Assembly (NCBI GenBank): GCA_964622205.1
Contig: CAZUPA010000002.1
Coordinates: forward strand, 1-56,647
DNA from: an uncultured Sphaerobacteraceae bacterium
GTDB taxonomy: Bacteria; Chloroflexota; Chloroflexia; Thermomicrobiales; UBA6265
Direction of reading: 5' to 3'
Length of the DNA: 56,647 nt
Shown here: positions 17,487 through 28,235 of the stretch, one piece after another
How the letters are laid out: each line of letters begins with the position of its first letter
Position numbering within the stretch: position 1 is the first letter of the stretch
Made by a program: the position numbers and the translations under genes
The notes under the pieces: model-generated
Databases searched by the model: none
Told to the model about the DNA's origin: nothing
The model's input: the letters and a program-made list of their open reading frames with translations, nothing else

Positions 17487-18430
17487 GATCCGGACACTCC
17501 GTGATGGTCGGCCAGGGCGAGCTGGCGCTGGAACTGTCGCGACCTTGCACGGCGGGACCGGTACGTCGCGACCAGGCCGCGATTTGGCGCAAACAGGATC
17601 GAGACGATGACGATCAGCGAGGCGGCGATCACGATCATCGGCCCGGTCGGCAACCGGTCGACGAGACTACTGGCGATCGAGCCACCGACCCCGGCGGTCA
17701 TGCCAAAGGTCCCGGAAAGAATGACCATGCCCGACAGGCTGTGCGTCCACTGGCGAGCGGCGACGGCGGGCGCGATCAAGAGCGAGACCATGAGGATGAC
17801 CCCCACGGTTTGGAGCCCGATCATGATGGTGAGGACCAGCAGCGCGGCGAGAAGCGCTCCGACGATGACTGGGTTGATGCCGATGCTGGCGGCGAAGAGC
17901 GGATCGAAGGTGATGAGCTTGAGTTCCTTGAACATCAGGGCGATCGAGCCAACGACGATGAGGGCGACGATGGCCATGGTCACCACGTCGCGGGGGAGGA
18001 TGGTCGCTGCCTGACCGAAAATGAAGCGGTCAAGCCCGCTCTGGGCGGCATCGCCAGAGTGCTGGATTCGAGTCAGGAGGAGAATGCCGAATCCGAAGAA
18101 GACGCTCAGGACGATTCCAAGCGCGCTTTCTTCCTTGACGATGGACCAGCGATTGATCGCGATCAGGACAGCAGTGCCCAGGAGCCCACTGATGGCCCCG
18201 CCGATGAGCAGCAGCTCACTCGATCGGGTGCCCGTGATGATGAACATCATGCAGATGCCGGGAAGCGCGGCATGTGAGAGCGCGTCTCCAATGAGACTTT
18301 GGCGGCGGAGGACCGCGAACACCCCAATGACCCCGCTGGTGAAGCCGAGAATGAGGGAGCCAAACAGTACATTGCGGAGCGTGGCGTCCCATGAGATGTC
18401 GAGGCCAAGCAGGGCGAGCGGCATCATCAT
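17483..18430 (-). CDS. Metal ABC transporter permease, ABC-3 family
   Basis: Starts MMMPLALLG, has the [11 protein letters not shown] motif. The 557-aa ORF in the track is a run-through into the ATPase region. ATGA overlap at 18427-18430. Confidence 0.85.
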   Translation of the reverse strand: MMMPLALLGLDISWDATLRNVLFGSLILGFTSGVIGVFAVLRRQSLIGDALSHAALPGICMMFIITGTRSSELLLIGGAISGLLGTAVLIAINRWSIVKEESALGIVLSVFFGFGILLLTRIQHSGDAAQSGLDRFIFGQAATILPRDVVTMAIVALIVVGSIALMFKELKLITFDPLFAASIGINPVIVGALLAALLVLTIMIGLQTVGVILMVSLLIAPAVAARQWTHSLSGMVILSGTFGMTAGVGGSIASSLVDRLPTGPMIVIAASLIVIVSILFAPNRGLVATYRSRRARSRQFQRQLALADHHGVSGS

Positions 18431-19248
18431 CGGAGCATCGCCTCGACCGGGACCATTTCCGAACCGGCCCGCTGGGACTGTTCGCTCGGCTCCCCGAAAG
18501 GGCTGGCCGGCGCATGATAGGTCTTGCGAAGGTTGCGCTCGTTGAAGACCTCGTCCACCGGACCCGATGCTATGAGATTCACATTGAGGAGGACGACGTT
18601 GTCGAAGTAGGCGGCCACCGAATCGAGATCGTGGTGAACGGCGATGACAGTCTTGCCAGCATCGCGTACTTCGTGAAGGAGTTGGACGATCGCCCGCTCG
18701 GTAACCGCGTCGACACCCACGAACGGTTCGTCCATGAGATAGAGATCGGCTTCCTGGGCGAGGGCCCGGGCGAGAAACACCCGCTGTTGCTGCCCGCCGG
18801 AGAGCTGGCTGATCTGGCGCTCGGCGAAGCTGGCCATGCCAACCTTGGTGAGGCATTCGCGCGCGATGTCCAGATCGGACTTCGACGGACGGCGGAACCA
18901 CCCGATGCGTCCGTAACGGCCCATGGTGACGACATCGAGCGCGTTGGTCGGAAAGTCCCAGTCCACGGAACCGCGCTGGGGAACATAGGCAACGCGTTGT
19001 CGAACCTGATCCAGGTTCGAGTTGAAAACCCGGGTTGCGCCAGCGGAAATGGGCACCAGCCCAAGGATGGCTTTGAGGAGCGTGCTCTTGCCGGCTCCGT
19101 TGGGGCCGACGATGGCAGTGGCCTTGCCTTCCGCAAAGTCGATGTCGAGATCCCAAAGTACAGGGGATTCGTTATAGGCGACCGTGAGGTCGCGGACTTC
19201 GATGACAGACCCGGTGGTGAGGCTGTCCTGGCCGAATGGCGATTTCAT
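18427..19248 (-). CDS. Metal ABC transporter ATP-binding protein
   Basis: Walker [10 protein letters not shown], signature LSGGQQQRV, Walker B YLMDEP. ATG 19248 overlaps the binding-protein stop (ATGA). Confidence 0.88.
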   Translation of the reverse strand: MKSPFGQDSLTTGSVIEVRDLTVAYNESPVLWDLDIDFAEGKATAIVGPNGAGKSTLLKAILGLVPISAGATRVFNSNLDQVRQRVAYVPQRGSVDWDFPTNALDVVTMGRYGRIGWFRRPSKSDLDIARECLTKVGMASFAERQISQLSGGQQQRVFLARALAQEADLYLMDEPFVGVDAVTERAIVQLLHEVRDAGKTVIAVHHDLDSVAAYFDNVVLLNVNLIASGPVDEVFNERNLRKTYHAPASPFGEPSEQSQRAGSEMVPVEAMLR

Positions 19249-20231
19249 TCGCTTGGTTCTCCTGTAAGGCCGGATACGATGGCGTTCACGTTGTGCCGCA
19301 TCATGCCGATATAGGCGCCTTCGGGCGTGCCTTCGTCGCCCATGGCGTCCGAAAAGAGGGACGTGCCGATCTCGACCGTCCAATCTCGATCGGCAACCGC
19401 GACCTGGACGGCCTCGATGGTACGGCGAGGGACACTCGTTTCGACAAAGACCGCGCGGATGCGATTCATCGCGATCAGGTCGGCGATATTCTGCACATCC
19501 CGTACGCCGGCTTCGGTGGCGGTGCTTATACCCTGGAGTCCAACCACGTCCAGGCCATACCGGCGGCCCAGATAGCCGAAAGCGTCGTGGGCGGTAACGA
19601 GGATGCGAGAGGACTCCGGAATCCGGGAGAACTGTTCAGCCGCCCAATCGTCGAGTTCGAGGAGCTCGTTTCCGTAGGACTCGGCGTTGGCGTTGTACGC
19701 GGCCGCGTTTGTGGGATCGGCGCTGGCGAATGCGCGGGCCGCCTCGTCCGCGGCCGCGCGCCACAGGGTGGGGTCGAACCAGAAGTGCGGATCGGGATTG
19801 CCGTCGAATGCATCGCCAACGGGCTGGATCAGGTCGTCTTCCGCGACGCCGTTGCTAACCGCGGCCACAGGCTGTCGCTTGCCGGCCTGTTCGAGCACTT
19901 CGGCCAGATTTCCCTCGAGATGGAGACCGCTGTAGAGAATGAGTTCGGAGTCGATCAGGTCGATGACATCCGATTCGCTGGCCTTGAACAGGTGGGGATC
20001 GACTCCGGGGCCCATGAGCGTGGTGACCGCGACGGTGTCGCCGCCCACATTGCGGGCGAGGTCGCCGACCTGGCCGGTGGTGGCGACGACATTGAGCAAG
20101 TGGTTGTCCGCGGTTGAACTCTCCGGGGGACGAAGGGCGGCGTACGTCAGCCCAATCGCCGGAATGGACGCAAGGGCGGCCACGCGCCATCGGCTCGAGA
20201 TGGGATTCTGGTCTGTGGGAGCGTGCGTCAT
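19245..20231 (-). CDS. Metal ABC transporter substrate-binding protein (TroA/ZnuA/MntA cluster-9 type)
   Basis: GPGVDPHLF and [10 protein letters not shown] metal-site motifs. N-terminal signal or anchor. First gene of the operon. Confidence 0.85.
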   Translation of the reverse strand: MTHAPTDQNPISSRWRVAALASIPAIGLTYAALRPPESSTADNHLLNVVATTGQVGDLARNVGGDTVAVTTLMGPGVDPHLFKASESDVIDLIDSELILYSGLHLEGNLAEVLEQAGKRQPVAAVSNGVAEDDLIQPVGDAFDGNPDPHFWFDPTLWRAAADEAARAFASADPTNAAAYNANAESYGNELLELDDWAAEQFSRIPESSRILVTAHDAFGYLGRRYGLDVVGLQGISTATEAGVRDVQNIADLIAMNRIRAVFVETSVPRRTIEAVQVAVADRDWTVEIGTSLFSDAMGDEGTPEGAYIGMMRHNVNAIVSGLTGEPSE

Positions 20232-20285
20232 GGTTGGGAGGACTCTCCGCCCGCAGGATTCCGTCGAATATTCACCATGGCTAAA

Positions 20286-20304
20286 TTAGCATAGGCTAAC
20301 TTTC
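20286..20304 (-). promoter_or_regulatory. DtxR/IdeR/MntR-type operator upstream of the metal-uptake operon
   Basis: Minus strand GAAAGTTAGCCTATGCTAA matches the DtxR consensus TTAGGTTAGCCTAACCTAA at 14/19, with core GTTAGCCTA exact. Lies 55-73 nt upstream of the operon start codon. Confidence 0.6.
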
Positions 20305-20339
20305 ATGGCAAGTGGCGTTCGCCCGCGAACAGGGAAGGA

Positions 20340-20602
20340 CGACAGTCGAACCATCCGCACTCGGGGATGGCGGTCCGCGGGCGGTTCGACCGATCAGCCC
20401 GTACCAGGAGTCGGGATGCACGCAGCTCGCGTGACGCCGCCGGGTTCCAGCTGACATCAACCGGGCCGAGGCCGACTGGTGAGGATGATCCTCGCCGCGG
20501 CCGCAATTGCCAAGCGCCCTCCCGGGATGCGGGCATGCGCGCCATGGAGTGCGTTAGGTGCAAGCACAAACGTCCGGTCCCCGCGGAGACCGGACGTTTT
20601 TT
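20340..20602 (+). ncRNA. Candidate structured small RNA of unknown family (5' end undefined)
   Basis: No credible ORF. Long-range pairing GCACTC..ATGGCG (20357-20372) with CGCCAT..GAGTGC (20540-20552). Internal hairpins. Ends in a strong plus-strand intrinsic terminator. Confidence 0.3.
20568..20602. terminator. Intrinsic terminator: T6 tract on plus strand, weaker TTTGTG on minus strand after ffh
   Basis: Perfect 12-bp stem AAACGTCCGGTC/GACCGGACGTTT with 8-nt loop, followed by TTTTTT on the plus strand. Confidence 0.8.
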
Positions 20603-20624
20603 CGCTGGATCGAAGGTTGAGGGA

Positions 20625-21962
20625 CTAGAACTTGAAGGGCATGTTCTTGGGCATCTTGCCTTTTTTCGCCATCTGTCCGAACTGCCCCATCATCTTTTGC
20701 ATGTCCTTGAACTGCGACAGGAGCCGGTTGACTTCCTGGCGTTCGACACCGCTTCCGCGCGCGATACGCCGCCGCCGGCTGTGATCGATGCGCTCGGGGT
20801 TGCGACGTTCCCAGGGAGTCATGCCGCGAATGATGGCCTCGACCTGCTTGTAGTCGTCGTCCGAGATCTGTGCCTTGGCCTGGCGCATTTGCTGGCCGAG
20901 GCCGGGGATCATTTCCATGATCTGGCTCAGCGGCCCCATGCTCTTGATCTTCTGGAGTTGCTCCAGGAAGTCCTCGAGGTCGAACTGGCCCTTCATCATT
21001 CTCGACTGGAGGCGCTCCGCTTCCTTCTCGTCTGTCTGTTCCTGGGCACGTTCGATGAGGGAGAGCACATCGCCCATGCCAAGGATGCGGCCGGCGAGCC
21101 GGTCCGGATAGAACGGCTCCAGGGTGTCGAGCTTTTCGCCGGTGCCGATGAACTTGATCGGCACGCCTGTAACCGACCGGATCGACAGCGCGGCGCCACC
21201 CCGGGCGTCGCCGTCCATCTTCGTGAGCAGGAGCCCAGTGATGTCGAGTTGCCGGTTGAACTCTTCGGCGACGCCGACGGCTTCCTGTCCCGTCATGGCG
21301 TCGGCGACGAGCAGGATTTCCGTCGGGTTGACCGCTTCCTTGATGCGGACGAGTTCCTGCATCAGGGCTTGGTCGATCTGGAGGCGGCCCGCGGTGTCGA
21401 TGATGACTGGATTGAATCCGCGGCCGTTGGCGAACTGGATCGCGTTACGGGCAATGGCGACCGGGTCGGCGTCCGTGCCTTCATCGTAGACCGGAATGTC
21501 GATCTGCTTTCCAAGCGTTTGCAGTTGCTTGATGGCGGCGGGCCGGTAGACGTCGGCGGCGACCAACAGGGGATTGCGACCCTGCTTGCGGAGACTGAGC
21601 GCCAGTTTGGCGGAATGCGTGGTCTTGCCCGCGCCGTTAAGCCCGACCATGAGGATGATCTGCGGTGGACGTTCGGGATTGAGCAGCGGAACCTGTTCGG
21701 CCCCGAGGGTCGCGATCAGTTCCTCGTTCACGATGCCGATGACGGTTTGGGCTGGCGTGAGGGACCTCAGCACATCCTGGCCGACGGCCCGCTCTCGAAC
21801 CCGGGCGACGAAGTCCTTGACGACCTTGAAGTTGACGTCGGCTTCCAGCAATGCTCGCCGGACTTCGCGCATGGCGTTGTCGACGTCCTGCTCGGTGAGC
21901 CGCCCCTTGCGTCCGAGTTTCCCAAACGTTTCGTTCAGGCGATCTGAAAGTGTTTCGAACAT
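20625..21962 (-). CDS. ffh: Signal recognition particle protein Ffh
   Basis: GLNGAGKTT and DTAGRL motifs. Met-rich M domain (MGPLSQIMEMIPG, MQKMMGQFGQM). Confidence 0.93.
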   Translation of the reverse strand: MFETLSDRLNETFGKLGRKGRLTEQDVDNAMREVRRALLEADVNFKVVKDFVARVRERAVGQDVLRSLTPAQTVIGIVNEELIATLGAEQVPLLNPERPPQIILMVGLNGAGKTTHSAKLALSLRKQGRNPLLVAADVYRPAAIKQLQTLGKQIDIPVYDEGTDADPVAIARNAIQFANGRGFNPVIIDTAGRLQIDQALMQELVRIKEAVNPTEILLVADAMTGQEAVGVAEEFNRQLDITGLLLTKMDGDARGGAALSIRSVTGVPIKFIGTGEKLDTLEPFYPDRLAGRILGMGDVLSLIERAQEQTDEKEAERLQSRMMKGQFDLEDFLEQLQKIKSMGPLSQIMEMIPGLGQQMRQAKAQISDDDYKQVEAIIRGMTPWERRNPERIDHSRRRRIARGSGVERQEVNRLLSQFKDMQKMMGQFGQMAKKGKMPKNMPFKF

Positions 21963-21965
21963 GGA

Positions 21966-22976
21966 TCAGAAGCCCTCGCCTTCGCCAAAGAAGAGTGAGT
22001 CGACGTATGTGTCCTGCCGGAACTCGGCCATGTCGGTGACCTTCTCGCCTGTGCCAACATAGGAAATCGGCGTTCCCATCTCCTTGGCGACCGAGAACGC
22101 GATGCCGCCCCTGGCGGTGCTGTCCAGCTTGGAGATAAAGATGTCGGTGACCTCCACCGACTTCGTGAACTCGTGGGCCTGCACGAGACCGTTCTGCCCG
22201 GTGGTGGCGTCGATGACGAGGACCACTTCCTGGGGAGCATCCGGCACATGGCGCTGCATGATCTTGCGAATCTTGTGAAGTTCGGCCATGAGATTGTGTT
22301 TGGTGTGAAGGCGCCCGGCGGTGTCGACGATCAGGACATCGACGTTGCGGTTGTGAGCCGCCTGCATGGCATCGAACACAACCGCGCCCGGGTCGGCGCC
22401 TGGTTGATGGGCGATGACCGGGACATCGACGCGTTCGCCCCAGACCTTCAACTGGTCGATGGCGGCGGCGCGAAACGTATCTCCCGCGGCCAGCATAACT
22501 GTCCGGCCAAAGTTCCTGTGGTACTGGGCGAGCTTGGCGATCGCGGTGGTCTTGCCCGTACCGTTCACGCCGACCACGAGGATGACGAAGGGAACGCCTC
22601 GTTGCAGGATCTTGACCTTGCGGTTGCGGGTGGCGAGTTCCAGGATCTGGATCATCTCCAGACGGAGGATTTCCCGCGCATCGGCGGGATTGACGATAGT
22701 CTCATCGCGGATCTTCTGCTGGAGTTCGGTGACGAGTTGCTGGCTCACATCCCAACCGACATCGGCCTGGATGAGCAGCATCTCGAGATCCTCGAACAGT
22801 TCGTCATCGATTTCGGTGCGATCGAAGAGGCGGGTGATTTCAAGAAACACGCCCCGGCGTGTCTTCTCGAGTCCCTTTTCCATCTGTACATCGGGTTCGG
22901 CCTGACGCCGAAACAGTTTTCTGAGCACTGAGTGTCTTTCCCTGAGAATGGAATCCGGCGGTTGGCGAGTCGACAT
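21966..22976 (-). CDS. ftsY: Signal recognition particle receptor FtsY (short NG form)
   Basis: GVNGTGKTT, DTAGRLH and TKLD-like SKLDSTARGG motifs. Start is ATG 22976 or GTG 22928 (GGGAAAG SD). Upstream part of the 451-aa ORF rejected. Confidence 0.88.
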   Translation of the reverse strand: MSTRQPPDSILRERHSVLRKLFRRQAEPDVQMEKGLEKTRRGVFLEITRLFDRTEIDDELFEDLEMLLIQADVGWDVSQQLVTELQQKIRDETIVNPADAREILRLEMIQILELATRNRKVKILQRGVPFVILVVGVNGTGKTTAIAKLAQYHRNFGRTVMLAAGDTFRAAAIDQLKVWGERVDVPVIAHQPGADPGAVVFDAMQAAHNRNVDVLIVDTAGRLHTKHNLMAELHKIRKIMQRHVPDAPQEVVLVIDATTGQNGLVQAHEFTKSVEVTDIFISKLDSTARGGIAFSVAKEMGTPISYVGTGEKVTDMAEFRQDTYVDSLFFGEGEGF

Positions 22977-23182
22977 TCGGTTGGTTGTGGGGCTGCCACT
23001 GGATTGCTTGTCTGGCGGAAACGGGCCCTCGCGTCGAGGAATGATCCCTGTTTTTGGGGCCAGCAAAAGTATATCACCGGCGCCGGTCGGGTCCGGAGTG
23101 GCGACGCGGGGCAGAAGATCATCTGGTAGGATCATGCGGTTGAAAGCCGTGACCGTTCGACATCCCTGAGAGTTGCTGATCG

Positions 23183-24403
23183 ATGCGCCGTTCGGAACTG
23201 TTCCTCGCGGTATACCTGCCGACCGCCCTGCTCGCGATGGGGCAGGGGTTGTTGCTCGCGACCCTGCCGTTTTACGCGACGGAACTGGGCGTATCGTTGA
23301 CAGTGGTGAGCCTGATCTCATCGGCGGCGGCGATTGGCACGCTGGTGTCCGACCTTCCAGCCGGCGCCCTGTTGTTCAGGATCGGTTTGCGGCGCTCGAT
23401 GCTGATCGGTTCGGCGCTGGTGGTTGCCGGGACGATCAGCCTCGCGCTGCCGCTGTCGCCCGAGGCGGTGGTCGGGTTCCGGCTCCTCGCGGGAGTCGGC
23501 ACCGCCCTCTGGGGACTCTCGCGTCATGCCTTCATCACCCAGCACGCCGACCTGGCGAACCGTGGCAAGTCGATCGCCATGTTTGGCGGCATCAACCGTA
23601 TCGGCATGTTCGCGGGTCCAGCGATCGGAGGCATCGTTGCGACGGCTTCGAGCACGAGCGTGTCGTTTGTGCTGGCCGGCGCGATGGGGGCGCTGGCGTT
23701 CCTGGCCGCGGTCATCTTCATTCCGGACGATCGCGAGGCGGTGGTTGGTCGCCGGGGGACCGGCCGCAAGCGCTGGGACGTGGTTCGCCAGACGCTCAGG
23801 GCGCACTCGGGAGACATGTCCGCGGCGGCGGTGGCGCAACTCTTCGCGCAGATGATTCGCCAGGGGCGGCAGTTGCTCCTTCCACTCGTGGGAGCGGTGA
23901 CGTTGGGCCTGAATCCGGCCCAGGTTGGCGTCATCATGACGATCTCGGCGGTGCTCGACATGACGATGTTCATCCCGGCCGGGATTTTGATGGACCGGTT
24001 CGGCAGGAAGTTCGCATCGGTTCCCAGTTTCGCCATCATGGCGATCGGGATCGGGATCGTGCCCCTGGCGAACGACTTCTCCGGCTTGTTGATCGCTGGG
24101 ATCGTGATCGGATTGGGGAATGGGCTGGGATCGGGGGCGATGATGACGCTCGGCGCCGACCTGGCGCCGCCCGAAGCCACGGGCGAGTTCCTGGGCGTAT
24201 GGAGGCTGATTGGAGACACGGGCATGGTGGTGGGTCCGCTGATGGTGGGGTTCATCGCGACCTGGTTCGGGCTTGCTGGCAGCGCGTACGTCTTGATGGT
24301 GGCGGGCCTACTTGCCTCCGGAATCCTGTACTTCCTCGTCAACGAGACGCGAGTCGACCCGGTGGTGCACTCGGTGAAGGGGCTGGAGACGCCAGGTGAC
24401 TGA
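23183..24403 (+). CDS. MFS transporter
   Basis: 406 aa with ~12 hydrophobic helices and a GLRRSMLIG-type loop 2-3 motif. Confidence 0.8.
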   Translation: MRRSELFLAVYLPTALLAMGQGLLLATLPFYATELGVSLTVVSLISSAAAIGTLVSDLPAGALLFRIGLRRSMLIGSALVVAGTISLALPLSPEAVVGFRLLAGVGTALWGLSRHAFITQHADLANRGKSIAMFGGINRIGMFAGPAIGGIVATASSTSVSFVLAGAMGALAFLAAVIFIPDDREAVVGRRGTGRKRWDVVRQTLRAHSGDMSAAAVAQLFAQMIRQGRQLLLPLVGAVTLGLNPAQVGVIMTISAVLDMTMFIPAGILMDRFGRKFASVPSFAIMAIGIGIVPLANDFSGLLIAGIVIGLGNGLGSGAMMTLGADLAPPEATGEFLGVWRLIGDTGMVVGPLMVGFIATWFGLAGSAYVLMVAGLLASGILYFLVNETRVDPVVHSVKGLETPGD

Positions 24404-25133
24404 GATACCCGAACTGTTCGAAGGGCAACCTCCGGCCCGGCGAAGTGGCAGGAAGATAAGCGAGGGCGATCCGGATGTGATGCCGCGGGAGCGGTTGGAA
24501 CAGTCGGGACCGGAATCGCTCGACGACCACGAACTCATCGCCATCCTGTTGCGGACCGGTACCGCCCAGGAAGGCGTGCTGCGGCTATCGCAGCGGTTGC
24601 TCCGGGAAAGTGGCGGATTCGTCGGGATGCAGCGGCGCGATTTCAGGGAACTCCTGGAGTTTGGCGGGCTCGGACCGGCCAAGGCGGCGACGTTGAAAGC
24701 GGCGCTGGAGATTGGCCGCCGCGTGGCGCGGCTCCCCATCGAAGAGCGGCCAGCGATTTCCTCGCCTGAAGACGTCGTGGACCTGATCGGATACGAGATG
24801 GCGGCGCTGGAGCAGGAACAACTCCGGGTTGTGCTGCTCGACACGAAAAACAGGATCGTGCGCGTGTCGATGGTGTATCAGGGGAGCGTGAATGAAGCGT
24901 CGGTGCGGATCGCGGAGTTGTTTCGCGAGGCCGTGCGGGCGAACGCGGTGAGCCTGATCATGGTTCACAATCACCCTTCCGGGGATCCTGCGCCATCGAG
25001 CGCGGATGTCGCGCTGACCGTTGAAGTAGTGGCGGCGGGGAAGCTGCTCGACATCCGCGTACTGGATCACCTGATAATCGGGCAGGCGCGACACGTTTCG
25101 CTCAAACGGCTTGGGCTCGGATTTCCGAAGTAG
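24396..25133 (+). CDS. radC: RadC-family JAB-domain protein
   Basis: HhH-like N-terminus (ELIAILLRTG) and JAMM motif HNHPSGDPAPSSAD. GTG start overlaps the MFS gene end by 8 nt. Confidence 0.85.
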   Translation: MTEIPELFEGQPPARRSGRKISEGDPDVMPRERLEQSGPESLDDHELIAILLRTGTAQEGVLRLSQRLLRESGGFVGMQRRDFRELLEFGGLGPAKAATLKAALEIGRRVARLPIEERPAISSPEDVVDLIGYEMAALEQEQLRVVLLDTKNRIVRVSMVYQGSVNEASVRIAELFREAVRANAVSLIMVHNHPSGDPAPSSADVALTVEVVAAGKLLDIRVLDHLIIGQARHVSLKRLGLGFPK

Positions 25134-25145
25134 ATGGGGTAATCG

Positions 25146-25937
25146 ATGAAGACCAGCAAGCTGGGGTTTGGCGTGGTTGGATCGCTGGACGTGGACACTG
25201 TGCGCGAGATCGCGAAGCGGGCCGAGGAGATCGGTCTGCATTCGCTCTGGTTCAACGAGACGCCGGATGGAGACGCGATCGAACGCGTGCGGGTAGCGAC
25301 TACGGTGACAGACCGCCTGGTGGTGGGCTCGGGCGTAATCAACGTGGACCGCACGCCGGCCAGCGCGATTCTGGCGGCGATCCGGCGACGCGAACTCGAT
25401 GAGGCGCGAATCGTGATTGGCATCGGCGCCTCGGCGAAGCCAAGGCCGCTCCATACGGTGGCAACCGCGATCGAGGAGCTGCGAGAGCACCTCTCCTGCC
25501 CGATCGTTGTTGGTTCGCTCGGTCCGCGCATGCGGCAACTCGGCGCGGAGGCGGGGAACGGCCTGCTCTTCAACTGGTTGACGCCGGAGCACGCGGCGGA
25601 TACGACCAGGACGATGCGACGGCAGGCCGCGGAGGCCGGCAACCCATCAGTCCAGTCAGCCACATACATCAGGACCGCTATGGGAGAAGCCGCGCTGGAA
25701 TCGCTCAGGGCGGAGGCGGCCAGGTACTCGGCGATCCCTTCCTATGCCGCGAATTTCGAGCGGCTGGAGATCACGGCCATGGACAGCGCGGTGTATGGCG
25801 CCAGCCCCGAGGACGTGGCGAAGGGCGTGTCCGCGTTCGATGGGACCGTGGACCATGCGATCGTCCGGGCGATCACGGCCACGGATGACACGGGCCACTA
25901 CCTTTGGCTGCTGGACGCGATAGCGCCACTGGCCTAA
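25146..25937 (+). CDS. Luciferase-like monooxygenase (LLM) family oxidoreductase, possibly F420-dependent
   Basis: TIM-barrel LLM pattern KLGFGVVGSLD..IAKRAEEIGLHSLWFNETP. Confidence 0.65.
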   Translation: MKTSKLGFGVVGSLDVDTVREIAKRAEEIGLHSLWFNETPDGDAIERVRVATTVTDRLVVGSGVINVDRTPASAILAAIRRRELDEARIVIGIGASAKPRPLHTVATAIEELREHLSCPIVVGSLGPRMRQLGAEAGNGLLFNWLTPEHAADTTRTMRRQAAEAGNPSVQSATYIRTAMGEAALESLRAEAARYSAIPSYAANFERLEITAMDSAVYGASPEDVAKGVSAFDGTVDHAIVRAITATDDTGHYLWLLDAIAPLA

Positions 25938-26983
25938 CGATCGGGAGTGTGTTCCCGCAATTCTTCGTGCAGGCGGTTGCGGACGCTCTCGGGCGCGAAG
26001 GACTGGTTAATCGTGCTGGCGACGAGATTGGCCATGCCGTGCCGGTCGAGACCGAGGAGTTCCATGACGATGGCGTACTCCGAGAGCAGGTTGGCGCCGA
26101 ACATTGGCGGGTCGTCGCTATTGATGGAAAAGCGAACTCCGGCATCACGAAACGCCTGGAGCGGAAGGTCACCGTACCCGTCAATCACGCCTGTCCGGAG
26201 ATTGCTGGTGGGACAGAGTTCGAGCGGGATGCCTTTGGACGCGAGATGCTCCATCAGGGCGGGATCGCGGCCGGCGGCGATGCCGTGCCCAATGCGGGCG
26301 GGTCTCAACTGGTCGAGTGTTTCCCAGATCGATTCCGGGCCTTCGGCCTCGCCGGCATGGGCGACGACGGCGATGCCTTGAGTGCGCGCGCGCTCGAATG
26401 CCAGGCGGTAGTCGCGGGCTGGGTGTCCAATCTCATTGCCCCCGAGACCAAGCGCGACGATTCCGGACTCTGGTCCCGCGTCGACGATCCAGTCGACGGT
26501 GATGTCGACCGACCGTGGCCCGATGGCCGCGTCGCGAACACCGTCGGCGATCCACCGCAGTTCGATCCCGTATCGCTCGAGGACCCGCCGCCGCGCCCGG
26601 TTCATCGCGTCCAGCCCATCGCGCAAGGCGATGCCTTTCCGGCGCAGGTGGGGTTCGGGGTTGTAATGAATCTCGGCGTAGCGGACATTCTGACGGGCGA
26701 GTTCCTCCCCGTAGGCATCCACGAGCATCCCGAGATCGGCGGCGGTGCGCAGGCAATCGCTGCACCGGGTGAAAACATCGATGAAGCCGGGGAAGTCCTC
26801 GTATTGGTACAGGGTGGGCATGTCTTCCTCGGATTCGATGCCGAGGTCGATACCGTGCGCTTGCGCTATCCGCCAGAGCGTGCCGGGACCGATTGTTCCT
26901 TCGAGATGAACATGGAGTTCGACCTTCGGCATGGTGACCAGCCAGTCGGGCGCTGGAGATGGAATGGAGAGGGGCACGCGCAA
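25934..26983 (-). CDS. add: Adenosine deaminase
   Basis: ELHVHLEGT and [10 protein letters not shown] metal and active-site motifs. Alternative start ATG 26932. Confidence 0.88.
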   Translation of the reverse strand: MRVPLSIPSPAPDWLVTMPKVELHVHLEGTIGPGTLWRIAQAHGIDLGIESEEDMPTLYQYEDFPGFIDVFTRCSDCLRTAADLGMLVDAYGEELARQNVRYAEIHYNPEPHLRRKGIALRDGLDAMNRARRRVLERYGIELRWIADGVRDAAIGPRSVDITVDWIVDAGPESGIVALGLGGNEIGHPARDYRLAFERARTQGIAVVAHAGEAEGPESIWETLDQLRPARIGHGIAAGRDPALMEHLASKGIPLELCPTSNLRTGVIDGYGDLPLQAFRDAGVRFSINSDDPPMFGANLLSEYAIVMELLGLDRHGMANLVASTINQSFAPESVRNRLHEELREHTPDR

Positions 26984-27143
26984 GCTCCGCGGGATGGAGA
27001 CCGCAACGCGAGGTTACGGTCAGAGGCACAAGGTAAGCATGGTACAATTCGCGACGGTCGAGGGCTATCCCATATACGCCCGCACACCCTTGTGCGCCGG
27101 GGATTCGGCTCTCCATCTCGATCCAGAACCAGAGGAACAACGA

Positions 27144-28148
27144 TTGCCCAAGCAGGTAGGAATCGATCTCGGAACAGCCAACGTGCTGGTCTTCCTGCGG
27201 GGCCGTGGCATCGTGATCAACGAGCCGTCGGTCGTCGCGATATCCGCCAAGGATGGCAAGGTCAAGGCAGTTGGCCTCGAGGCCCGGAACATGCTTGGCC
27301 GTGAACCTCGCGACACCATCGAGGTCGTCCGGCCGATGCGCGATGGCGTGATCGCGGATTACATCGTCACCCAGAAGATGCTCGAGTACTTCATAAACAA
27401 GGCGTGTGGACGGTTTTCGCTGATCCGGCCGGATGTCATGATCTGCGTTCCCGCGGGCGTGACCGGCGTGGAACGCCGGGCGGTGCGCGATGCCGCGCTC
27501 AACGGCGGAGCGCGACGCGCGTACCTGATCAGCGAGCCCCTGGCGGCCGCCATCGGGGCGAGGGTGCCGGTGGCCGATCCCAGCGGAAACATGATCATCG
27601 ACATTGGTGGCGGCACCACCGAGGTGGCCGTGATTTCCCTGAACGGGATCGTGGTGGCTCGATCGTTGCGCGTTGGCGGCAACCGCTTCGACGAGGCGAT
27701 CAGCAGCTACATCAAGCGCAAGTACAACCTTCGCATAGGTGAACGAACCGCCGAAGAGGTGAAGATCGCGATCGGCAGCGCGATGCCGCTCGAGGAAGAC
27801 CGGATCATGGAGGTACGGGGCCGGGATGAGGTCGCGGGCCTTCCTCGCACGGTGCAGATTCATTCAAACGAGATTACGGATGCCATCACCGAGCCACTAG
27901 AGGCTATTATTGGCGCAGTCAGGGCAGTACTAGAGGAGACGCCTCCGGAGCTTTCGTCGGATATTATCGACAAGGGCATGATCCTGACTGGTGGTGGCGC
28001 GATGTTACGGCATCTGCCGGACCTGCTCACCGAAGTTACCGGCGTGCCGTGCTATGTGGCGGACGATCCGCTATCGTGTGTCGCCATTGGCACGGGGTTG
28101 GCGCTGGAACACATGGATATCCTGCGGGATAGCCTGGAAGAGCCGTAG
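27144..28148 (+). CDS. mreB: Rod shape-determining protein MreB
   Basis: [11 protein letters not shown] and [11 protein letters not shown] actin-fold motifs. TTG 27144 preceded by GAGGAAC (7-nt spacing). The upstream extension would overlap add and is rejected. Confidence 0.88.
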   Translation: MPKQVGIDLGTANVLVFLRGRGIVINEPSVVAISAKDGKVKAVGLEARNMLGREPRDTIEVVRPMRDGVIADYIVTQKMLEYFINKACGRFSLIRPDVMICVPAGVTGVERRAVRDAALNGGARRAYLISEPLAAAIGARVPVADPSGNMIIDIGGGTTEVAVISLNGIVVARSLRVGGNRFDEAISSYIKRKYNLRIGERTAEEVKIAIGSAMPLEEDRIMEVRGRDEVAGLPRTVQIHSNEITDAITEPLEAIIGAVRAVLEETPPELSSDIIDKGMILTGGGAMLRHLPDLLTEVTGVPCYVADDPLSCVAIGTGLALEHMDILRDSLEEP

Positions 28149-28235
28149 AAATCGCGAAACCGGTCCGTGAAGCCCAGGGGAGGGCGAGGACGGGATCGTG
28201 GGGTCCCAGCCAACACGTCGAGGGGAGAGCCTTGG

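Noticed and set aside
17483-19156. 557-aa ORF suggesting a fused ATPase-region/permease protein.
   Set aside because: Only the C-terminal 315 aa (from MMMPLALLG) look like an ABC-3 permease. The N-terminal half is the out-of-frame read of the ATPase gene, which has its own intact frame ending in an ATGA overlap at 18427-18430.
20300-20602. SRP RNA (ffs) next to ffh. The size is compatible with a long Bacillus-type SRP RNA.
   Set aside because: Neither strand contains the invariant domain IV signature (GGAA tetraloop context followed by AGCA, e.g. GUCCGGAAGGAAGCAGC). The closest string, CAGGGAAGGACGACAG, lacks the conserved AGCAGC. Kept only as an unknown-family sRNA candidate.
27896-27936. 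8-nt direct repeat ACTAGAGG (27896 and 27929) within a locally lower-GC, rare-codon patch of mreB.
   Set aside because: Both copies simply encode P/V-Leu-Glu in frame within a conserved MreB region. A short repeat at this scale is compatible with chance.
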